From: Betaproteobacteria bacterium | GTDB taxonomy: Bacteria > Pseudomonadota > Gammaproteobacteria > Burkholderiales > Burkholderiaceae_E | Reading direction: 5' to 3' | Assembly (NCBI GenBank): GCA_009922405.1 | Contig: RFVZ01000001.1 | Coordinates: 1 to 32,475, forward strand | Length of the DNA stretch: 32,475 nucleotides | Part shown: positions 17,709 through 24,392 of the stretch, one piece after another | Numbering within the stretch: position 1 is the first letter of the stretch | Layout: each line of letters opens with the position of its first letter | Translations under genes and position numbers: made by a program | The notes under the pieces: model-generated | The model's input: the letters and a program-made list of their open reading frames with translations, nothing else | What the model was told of the DNA's origin: nothing | Database searches by the model: none

Positions 17709-17714
17709 ATTCTA
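17709..17714 (-). promoter_or_regulatory. Candidate -10 box TAGAAT positioned for a leaderless plsY transcript
   Basis: The minus strand reads ...ggggggcTAGAATtcgcccATG. The hexamer ends 6 nt before the ATG and there is no SD between them. No convincing -35 is present (TTGGGG sits at a 19-nt spacing). Confidence 0.25.
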
Positions 17715-17723
17715 GCCCCCCAA

Positions 17724-17759
17724 TGAAAAAAAGCCCCAACCAGTTCCCTGGCGGGGCTT
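17724..17759 (-). terminator. Rho-independent terminator of the lyase-like gene
   Basis: The minus-strand RNA is AAGCCCC-G-CCAG-GGAA-CUGG-UU-GGGGCUU followed by UUUUU. That is a 7-bp outer stem, a 4-bp inner stem, a GGAA tetraloop and a U-run. It lies 63 nt after the stop at 17822 and about 20 nt before the plsY ATG. Confidence 0.8.
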
Positions 17760-17789
17760 CTCACACGTGGTGCAAAATCAGGGCAAAGC

Positions 17790-17828
17790 CAGCTCAAATT
17801 CAGCTCACGCTCAGCTCAAATTCAGCTC
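17790..17828. repeat. Four CAGCTC hexamers at exact 11-bp spacing (a 22-bp unit duplicated in tandem)
   Basis: Read directly: CAGCTCaaattCAGCTCacgctCAGCTCaaattCAGCTC, with hexamers starting at 17790, 17801, 17812 and 17823. The last copy overlaps the lyase-like stop codon. Confidence 0.9.
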
Positions 17829-20422
17829 GCCGAAATCAGGCGGCCCCGACTGTCAACGACCCAGGTAAAGCCGTCCCACTGAATCGTGACCTGCGAATTG
17901 GCCTGGGTGACCACAGGCGCCGGACTGTTACAGCCAAAGTCAAAATGCATCGGCAGCACGGCGCTCGTGACGGCCGAGGGCGCCGTCCATTTCATTTGAT
18001 AAGTCCCCATGAGCGAGCCGTAGCCACTGACCGCCATATCCGGAATTTTGGCCTGACTGAAACCCCACCAAGTCGGGCTCTGGCTGGCCGCAACCGGCTG
18101 GATGCATAGTGCGCCACGATCTGTATTGACCTGCGCGCGCCCGCTCCCAAGCGTTGTAGCAGCGCCAGGCACGTGAAGGTTATATTCCCAACGACGTCCA
18201 GATGTGGCCGCCAGTTGATCAACCGTCACGAAGGATCCATCCGGCCCGGCGATGATGGTTCGCGTCGCCTGACTCATGCCGCTCGGGTAGGCTTTCTGAG
18301 CATCCCCGCTGGTTAGGGTGTAGCCGGCCGCATTGCGCTTGAATGCGGTGACTTGACCCTTGGCCGCCAGGCTCCCTGCGACCTGGCCAACCCCACCATC
18401 GTACGTGATTGCATTATGGGCCTTGGTCTGGACGTACCAGGCGCTGTATTGCGGCGACCAGTAGTAGTCATCAACACCACTGTTGATGAACGTTCGCTTG
18501 GAGCCGACATTCAGAATGAAGGAGTTCTGATCGGCATGGCCATGATTGACCGAGCCATAGGGGCTGGAGCGGAAGTACAAGGAAGCGCGCTTGGGATCCG
18601 CCAGATCGGTCTGGATTGAAACCACCCCAACGTCCGAGAACACCTCAGCCTTTGGTGGAACAAACGTGTTGGGAGCGGCAGAGCCAATAAACGGCGCAGC
18701 GACGAGCCAGTAGTTGGACCGATCGACCCCGGTCAAGCGATCGGCTTTCCACTTGACCAGCGGCACATCCACCCGACGTGCTAAGGCGACAAAGTTGGTC
18801 GTGTCTTCACGAAACGATTCGGATTCGTCGCCAAACGCGCCGGCAGGCGCTCCGGGCGGGAACATGTGCGTCAAGAACACGCCAAAGTTGCGACCCCATG
18901 GTTTTTTCCAGATGTCGATCCCGGAGGCATCGCGCAACGCGTCCGATGCCGACATTTGCGCCAGCACATAACTGCCATATGCTGAACCATTGGCGAATCC
19001 ACCCTCTTCTCCACCCCAGGGGTTCGTTAGCTTGGCGAACAACGGGATTGCTTCCTGAGCCCATGCATCGAACTGGGCTCCCTCACCCGCCATCACTGCA
19101 GTAGCCGCCGCAATATGGCCCAGGATGGTGTAGCCGTGAGAGTCATAGGGCAGGTTTTCCAGGGCACGACTGCCAACCAATTCGTCGAAGGGGCCTTTGA
19201 GACGGGTTTGAACGACCGACCGAATGAGCGCCCGATTCGCGTCGGTCAAGACGTCGTAACAACGATCGAACATCAACGCCAGGGACGACGCAATGTATCG
19301 GTTAACCTGATCCTGCTCTTTGTGGCTGGTTGCGCCATTGGGGTTCCAGCCCGCCAACAAGATCGCGCGTCGAGCCGAGTCCTGGAGAAGGGCCGTATCC
19401 CCTTTAATGCGGGCGACCAAGGCTTCCTCAACCATATAGTCAAGCGAGGGATTCACCTTCCCGGGCATTGCGGTGTAAACAGAAACGCCACCACTGCTGG
19501 GGTATACCGAGGGTTCCGATACGAAATTCGAACCGACATTGCCCTTGACCCGGGTGTACCAAGTGGCGAGATCGGCTGTCCGCTCGGTGCGGATGCGCGA
19601 GGCCCATTGCGCATCAAAATTTCCATTACCAGGCAGGCTTCGCGGCCGGGCCCGGGCCTTAATGTTCGCCATGAGAACGTCGCCCGATGGAATCCGGAAC
19701 TCGGTCGTATCAGTCGAAACCGTAAAGGTCCGCCAGCTGCTGGCCGCACCCAAAGAATTTCCGGTGCTGTTGAGGGGCTGTACCCGCCACTGATAAATCC
19801 CTGCGGGGAATGTGGCGGTCCACCACTGCGCCCAATTACCCCGTACCACCTTGGGCCAGATACCCATCGCACCGCTTACTTCGAGCCGATAGGAAGCAGC
19901 GCCAGAAACGGCTGGCCAGGAGAATTCGGGCGGTGACTGCCGAGTAATACCACCGTGGGCGGGCGCTGTTGGGGCGGACTGGACTGGTGCGGCGCTAATC
20001 CAGTCAGCAGCAAGTACTGTTGAAGGAGGATCCGGTAAGGCGAGCGATTTACTGACGGGGCCGGAATGCCCCACGCTGGGATTACCAGCGATGGTCTGTG
20101 GCCCCGGGTCAAATGTCGGGGCGGGGTCCTGCGGCGTTTGGATCACCAGCAAATCAGGGGCTGGCGCAAGCGCTAACTCAAGTCGGTTATCGGTCAGGTC
20201 CCCAGCATGGTGGTCAATTGGATTACCGGCGGCGTCGGTCGCTGGAGTGTCGGATTTAACTTCAGGCGCCGCGATCGGTGCGCCGGTGTCGGTTGACGTA
20301 GGGTCACCGCCACTGCCACAGGCAGCGAGTGCGACACAGATTGAAGCAGTTGCAGAGATCACGGCAAATGAGGGCGCGGTGAAGTCAGATTTCTTGGATG
20401 GAATAGAAGACACGAGACTCAT
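17822..20422 (-). CDS. Heparinase II/III-like polysaccharide lyase family lipoprotein (DUF4962-like N-domain + Hepar_II_III C-domain)
   Basis: Lipoprotein signal MSLVSSIPSKKSDFTAPSFAVISATASICVALAA|C (Cys35). This is followed by a Pro/Ala/Thr-rich linker of about 130 aa and an FN3/Ig-like segment (PEFSWPAVSGAASYRLEVS...YQWRVQPLN...WRTFTV). A toroid-like region contains 'WNPNGATSHKEQDQVNRYIASSLALMFD'. The C-terminal 'SVNHGHADQNSFILNVGSKRTFINSGVDDYY' matches the heparinase II/III signature HxHxDxxSFxL...G. Confidence 0.8.
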   Translation of the reverse strand: MSLVSSIPSKKSDFTAPSFAVISATASICVALAACGSGGDPTSTDTGAPIAAPEVKSDTPATDAAGNPIDHHAGDLTDNRLELALAPAPDLLVIQTPQDPAPTFDPGPQTIAGNPSVGHSGPVSKSLALPDPPSTVLAADWISAAPVQSAPTAPAHGGITRQSPPEFSWPAVSGAASYRLEVSGAMGIWPKVVRGNWAQWWTATFPAGIYQWRVQPLNSTGNSLGAASSWRTFTVSTDTTEFRIPSGDVLMANIKARARPRSLPGNGNFDAQWASRIRTERTADLATWYTRVKGNVGSNFVSEPSVYPSSGGVSVYTAMPGKVNPSLDYMVEEALVARIKGDTALLQDSARRAILLAGWNPNGATSHKEQDQVNRYIASSLALMFDRCYDVLTDANRALIRSVVQTRLKGPFDELVGSRALENLPYDSHGYTILGHIAAATAVMAGEGAQFDAWAQEAIPLFAKLTNPWGGEEGGFANGSAYGSYVLAQMSASDALRDASGIDIWKKPWGRNFGVFLTHMFPPGAPAGAFGDESESFREDTTNFVALARRVDVPLVKWKADRLTGVDRSNYWLVAAPFIGSAAPNTFVPPKAEVFSDVGVVSIQTDLADPKRASLYFRSSPYGSVNHGHADQNSFILNVGSKRTFINSGVDDYYWSPQYSAWYVQTKAHNAITYDGGVGQVAGSLAAKGQVTAFKRNAAGYTLTSGDAQKAYPSGMSQATRTIIAGPDGSFVTVDQLAATSGRRWEYNLHVPGAATTLGSGRAQVNTDRGALCIQPVAASQSPTWWGFSQAKIPDMAVSGYGSLMGTYQMKWTAPSAVTSAVLPMHFDFGCNSPAPVVTQANSQVTIQWDGFTWVVDSRGRLISAS

Positions 20423-20591
20423 CCTGCATAGAAAGGAGGGAGTCCCGAATTTGCGCCAACTCAGCGTTGGTTATGGATACCACCAAGCTGGAGGATTAAA
20501 CCCTATATCGGAAGGCCCCGAATGAGCGACCGCTCATGCTGATTGGTCGACCACCGGTTTATTAATGAAGCCAGCGTCCTTGTTGCGGTGA

Positions 20592-21755
20592 TCACCGGAG
20601 AAAGCGCGCCAGCTCCGAAACAATTCGCTGAGCCGCTTGTCCATCCCATAGCGAGGGACGCCTAATCGGAGCACCTATTGGCTTGGTGATTACCGATCGG
20701 ACAGCCTGCAAAATCGCCTCCGAACGGGTCCCGACCAATACGTTCGTGCCTTGCGAGACGGTAATGGGGCGTTCTGTATTTTGGCGCACGGTGATGCAGG
20801 GAATTCCCAGTGCCGTGGTTTCTTCCTGAAGCCCACCACTATCGGTAATAACCACAGCGGCGTGCTTCCACAGTTCAAGAAATGGCATATACGGTAGCGG
20901 TGGGAAAAGATGGATATTGGGTCCCGGCGTTAACCCGAGACTCTCTATCGCGGCTCGCGTTCGCGGGTGCACGGCGAATGCAATGGGTAAGCCTGCGGAA
21001 ATGACCTTGAAGGTCTCCCAGAGCCGACTCAGGGTTTCGGGATCGTCCACATTGGAGGGTCGATGCAAGGTCAGTACCCCATAGGCCTGGCCCAGTCCAT
21101 CTCGAGCGTGTGCTCGGGCTCGTTTGAACTCATTCACCGATTTCATCTCCGGGGAACCGCCCCCCCGAGAACCTTCAGATTCCAGAATATTATTCTGATA
21201 AAAAAGATTGTCGATCATGACATTACCGACCTCATAAATCGCAGAAGCGGGGTGTCCCTCCCGTAATAGATGTTCGAGCGCGCTGGACTCAGTCACAAAA
21301 TAAAGATTACTGATGGCGTCGACAGCAAGGCGATTGATTTCCTCTGGCATCGAACGATCGCCACTGCGCAAACCCGCCTCGACATGAACCAGTGGGATCG
21401 TCAACTTGGCCGCCACAAGGGCGCACGCCAGAGTTGAATTCACATCGCCAACGACCAACGTGCAATCAGGGCGAGCGCGTTCGCAGAGTTGCTCATAAGC
21501 CGTCATCACCCGGGCGGTCTGTTCAGCGTGCGAGCCGCCCCCCAACCCCAACCGTTCATCGGGTGCCGGGATGCCCAGCTCCTCGAAAAAAACGTCATTC
21601 ATGGATCGATCCGAATGCTGACCGGTATGGACCAGTCGCCAGCCCAGTTCCGGAGCTTCGCCGCGCGCGTCTCGACGGTACTGCAACGCCCTCACGATGG
21701 GCGCGATTTTCATGAAATTTGGACGGGCCCCTGCGACCAGATCAATGGTTCTCAT
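20592..21755 (-). CDS. wecB: UDP-N-acetylglucosamine 2-epimerase (non-hydrolysing, WecB-type)
   Basis: Start at ATG 21755 (MRTIDLVAGARPNFMKIAPI..), in an ATGA overlap with the upstream GT4 stop. 'HTGQHSDRSMNDVFFEELGIPAPD', 'GGGSHAEQTA', 'VVGDVNSTLA', 'HVEAGLRS', 'PEEINR', 'LTLHRPSNVD' and 'TDSGGLQEE' are typical Epimerase_2 motifs. Confidence 0.9.
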   Translation of the reverse strand: MRTIDLVAGARPNFMKIAPIVRALQYRRDARGEAPELGWRLVHTGQHSDRSMNDVFFEELGIPAPDERLGLGGGSHAEQTARVMTAYEQLCERARPDCTLVVGDVNSTLACALVAAKLTIPLVHVEAGLRSGDRSMPEEINRLAVDAISNLYFVTESSALEHLLREGHPASAIYEVGNVMIDNLFYQNNILESEGSRGGGSPEMKSVNEFKRARAHARDGLGQAYGVLTLHRPSNVDDPETLSRLWETFKVISAGLPIAFAVHPRTRAAIESLGLTPGPNIHLFPPLPYMPFLELWKHAAVVITDSGGLQEETTALGIPCITVRQNTERPITVSQGTNVLVGTRSEAILQAVRSVITKPIGAPIRRPSLWDGQAAQRIVSELARFLR

Positions 21756-22867
21756 GTCGGCACCTTTAAGGAAATGCCAATTGGCGGAGCCTCGGGGTCC
21801 AATGACTGCCAGAGCGAGCGGAGTCTGGACATCACGATTTCGGTGGCGCATTCGGATCCGATCCGCTCGCGCGCGGCGCTGGCAAGCGTTTCCTGGAGTG
21901 GCAGATCGAAGACCAACTGAGCCAAAGCCGACCCCAGCGCCTTGATATCCCCGGGCGGTACAACCAGTCCATGAACACCATGAGTCACCAGGTCGGGGAT
22001 ACCACCCACCGACGAAACAATGATCGGCACGCGTGCCGACATGGCTTCGAGCATCGACATCGGCACACCCTCGTGATGCGAGGGCAACACAAATAACGAC
22101 GCGCGCGCCAGTTGGTGGCTTCTTTCAGCCGGGCTAATCCAGCCCAATCGCTCGAGTTGTCCACCGACACCTGCCCGACTGGCAAATTCGGCCAGAGCAG
22201 CCCCATCCCCATCCCCGGCAACCACCAGCCGCAACTCGGGGGAACCCGGGGGCATTGTGTGATAAACCGCAGCGATGGCTGTGACAAGGTCGTACACCCC
22301 TTTGCGCGGGTCCAATCGGCCCAAGAACAGGATCCGTCCGGGCTCGGGTCGCCGGATCGGTGTCGAGTCAATCGCAACAGGGTTCGAAAGAATCTCCACG
22401 CGTGCAGACGGCGCAAGGGTCAGGATGTAATCCCGCCAACGCTCGGACAACGCGAGCACCAAGGAAACGTGGTTTAAGGTAGCCCGAACCCACCACCTGC
22501 CCAAGGGACCGAGCTGCTGTTCGACAAAGGTCTGAAATCCCCCCCCATGGAGATGAAAGACCGTGTGGCAACCAAGGATTCGCGCGAGCCTTAGCAAGAT
22601 CGACTTTCGCAGAAAGCTGCCCCTGGATGCACTGTGCACGTGAACGATTTGAACCGGGCGGCGGATTCGAGCCATGATCAAAGCGCCGACTGCGCTGGCC
22701 CAGAGAAGTCCGGTGCGCCAGCGCGGCGCCTCGCGGTGGGTTGTGACGTAAGTCACCGAGTGCAGCGACGCGTCAGCTGGTTCAAATAAGCCCGCCTGTT
22801 GATACGCGTTTAAGACCGATGCGATCCCTCCGGCACCTCGAGGGTCCGTTCCCATCATTAAAATCAC
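21752..22867 (-). CDS. Glycosyltransferase family 4
   Basis: 'GGIASV', 'HVHSA', 'HLHGGGF', 'LVVAGDG' and 'SHHEGVPMSMLEAMSARVPIIVSSVGGIPDLV'. GTG 22867 is preceded by GGAG (6-nt spacer); alternative ATGs lie at 22858/22855. Confidence 0.8.
   Translation of the reverse strand: MILMMGTDPRGAGGIASVLNAYQQAGLFEPADASLHSVTYVTTHREAPRWRTGLLWASAVGALIMARIRRPVQIVHVHSASRGSFLRKSILLRLARILGCHTVFHLHGGGFQTFVEQQLGPLGRWWVRATLNHVSLVLALSERWRDYILTLAPSARVEILSNPVAIDSTPIRRPEPGRILFLGRLDPRKGVYDLVTAIAAVYHTMPPGSPELRLVVAGDGDGAALAEFASRAGVGGQLERLGWISPAERSHQLARASLFVLPSHHEGVPMSMLEAMSARVPIIVSSVGGIPDLVTHGVHGLVVPPGDIKALGSALAQLVFDLPLQETLASAARERIGSECATEIVMSRLRSLWQSLDPEAPPIGISLKVPT
22539..22546. repeat. G8/C8 homopolymer inside the GT4 coding sequence (codons His-Gly-Gly-Gly of HLHGGGF)
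   Basis: Read directly: ...tctgaaatCCCCCCCCatggagatg... (minus strand: cat ggg ggg gga ttt). Confidence 0.95.
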
Positions 22868-22891
22868 GGGCGGCTCCAGTGCTTTAGTGCT

Positions 22892-24316
22892 TTAGTGCAG
22901 TTCGCAGATCACCTGCCGTCGCTTACCGCTCGCAGTTAACGGAATGTCGGGAACCTGCTCCACCGTGAGGTCAAAGTGCATCCCCCATTGGTTCTGCAAC
23001 CACGCTTGCAGTGCCCGGAGCTGGGTCGAATCGAGGGGTTCTTGGCGGGGAACGATCAGGATGCGACACCCTCCAGGGTGCGACTGCCGAACCTGATACG
23101 TCCGCACCAGATCCCAGCTATGGTCATCAATACGAATCATCTGTCCAGCGATTCGCTGTCCCTGTCGATCGATCAAATAGTCCTGACCCCGACCATCGAG
23201 TTGAGAAATGGTGCCGTCCGCTGCAATGCGCCCGTAATCAGCCGTTCGATATCGAATCAGTGGCATGACGTCGTTCCAAATCGAAGTGCCAATGATTTCG
23301 AACAAACCGTTTTGCAAACGGTTTTCAGAAAATCCGTAAAGAGGCTCGAGTCGGTAGGGCGTCAAAGCACCGTCGCGAAGTTCCCGAAAGGCGATACTCG
23401 TGCGCTCAGTCATGCCGTAATTGACTGAAACTGGCGCCCGGAAGGCCTCACTGATGCGATGCAGTTGATCGTCGTGAACGTGTTCAGAGGTCAACAGGAC
23501 GGCCTTGGGATGCACGCCGGGAATGACATCGCCAAACAACCGCACCAAATCATCGACCGCGCCCGGGTAGCCGTATACATAGTCGGGTGCAAAGGCCTCA
23601 ATGTCCCTGCGGATCACGTCAAGCCATCGCGGCCCGGTATGGCGGGGCGACAACATCAGTCGATTGCCTTGAATCCAGGTCGGCGGGTCGTTGATCGGGC
23701 GGAGCGCGTCGCGTGCGATCCGCAGCGTTCGTGAGCGTTCAAATCGGAAGCCGTAAGCCGACCAAGCCGACGCAAAAAATGCCATCTCGATGTCGATCAA
23801 CCGCTTGGTTCGCCAAACCACGATCCCCTCGCCTGTGGAGCCCGCACTCGTTGCACGATGAAGAGGGCGCCACCGATAGCGATCTGACAGGAAGCGCTCC
23901 GGCGCGTCCATGAAGGTCTGACGCTCGAGATACGGAAACTCACGAATCACCTCGGCAGCCGAGGTCGCCTGTCGAATCGCTTGCGGGTCGATCCGAACGC
24001 GCTCTCGATAGTAGGGCACGTGGGTGACGGCGTCGGCCAGAAGTTCGCGTAGCAGCAGATCCGCTACCCGCGATTGCTCTTGCACGGATGCCCCCAACAA
24101 CCTACACACCCTGAAATACTCGGGGTGATAGAGGATTCGGGACGGGACATAACGGCGGTAGCGAAAGTACGCGCGTTGCAACTGTTTTGCGAACAAGAAA
24201 GTCCCCCGTGAGCAAGCCCAAAGACACCGGTTACAGGGGAAGAAATACTGCCGGACGGGGTCGACCGAAGCGGTGACTTTGGTTGCGCAATTTGAGACGC
24301 CCCGGAAATCCTTCAC
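22892..24316 (-). CDS. CapK / coenzyme F390 synthetase-like adenylate-forming enzyme (PaaK-like ANL superfamily)
   Basis: 'THVPYYRERV', 'FPYLERQTF', 'TSAGSTGEGIVVWR' (AMP-binding P-loop-like), 'YGYPGAV', 'NYGMTE' and a C-terminal '..TASGKRRQV'. The start is uncertain: there is no ATG in the first 134 codons, so a GTG or TTG must be used (the track uses GTG 24316). Confidence 0.7.
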   Translation of the reverse strand: MKDFRGVSNCATKVTASVDPVRQYFFPCNRCLWACSRGTFLFAKQLQRAYFRYRRYVPSRILYHPEYFRVCRLLGASVQEQSRVADLLLRELLADAVTHVPYYRERVRIDPQAIRQATSAAEVIREFPYLERQTFMDAPERFLSDRYRWRPLHRATSAGSTGEGIVVWRTKRLIDIEMAFFASAWSAYGFRFERSRTLRIARDALRPINDPPTWIQGNRLMLSPRHTGPRWLDVIRRDIEAFAPDYVYGYPGAVDDLVRLFGDVIPGVHPKAVLLTSEHVHDDQLHRISEAFRAPVSVNYGMTERTSIAFRELRDGALTPYRLEPLYGFSENRLQNGLFEIIGTSIWNDVMPLIRYRTADYGRIAADGTISQLDGRGQDYLIDRQGQRIAGQMIRIDDHSWDLVRTYQVRQSHPGGCRILIVPRQEPLDSTQLRALQAWLQNQWGMHFDLTVEQVPDIPLTASGKRRQVICELH

Positions 24317-24344
24317 TTGGAGCGCAGGACCATTGCCCTACTAA
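24317..24344 (+). promoter_or_regulatory. Candidate sigma70-type promoter for the phosphotransferase gene
   Basis: TTGGAG (24317-24322), a 16-nt spacer, then TACTAA (24339-24344). An AAGGAG SD lies about 10 nt before ATG 24393. Hexamer matches only. Confidence 0.3.
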
Positions 24345-24392
24345 TGTTAGGACCCGCTCGAGTCAGGGCCGTCTTTAAGGAGTTCGCGCGGT

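Noticed and set aside
20433-20525. A strong SD-like AAGGAGG on the + strand (20433-20439), followed 11 nt later by TTG and a 24-codon ORF (MRQLSVGYGYHQAGGLNPISEGPE).
   Set aside because: The spacing is long, the start is non-ATG and the peptide is featureless. The motif is simply the complement of the CU-rich 5' leader of the lyase-like gene.
20521-20540. Palindrome ATGAGCG-AC-CGCTCAT downstream of the wecB stop, which might be a terminator.
   Set aside because: The loop is too small and there is no U-run on the minus strand, so it does not look like an intrinsic terminator.
24154-24161. An exact ops/JUMPStart core GGCGGTAG on the + strand, about 230 nt upstream of the phosphotransferase gene. 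This could be an RfaH-type antitermination site.
   Set aside because: It lies inside the probable coding region of the CapK-like gene on the other strand (codons RYRR). No other JUMPStart features were seen around it. One occurrence of a given GC-rich 8-mer is about what chance predicts for 2 x 32 kb. It is worth revisiting only if the transcription start maps upstream of it.
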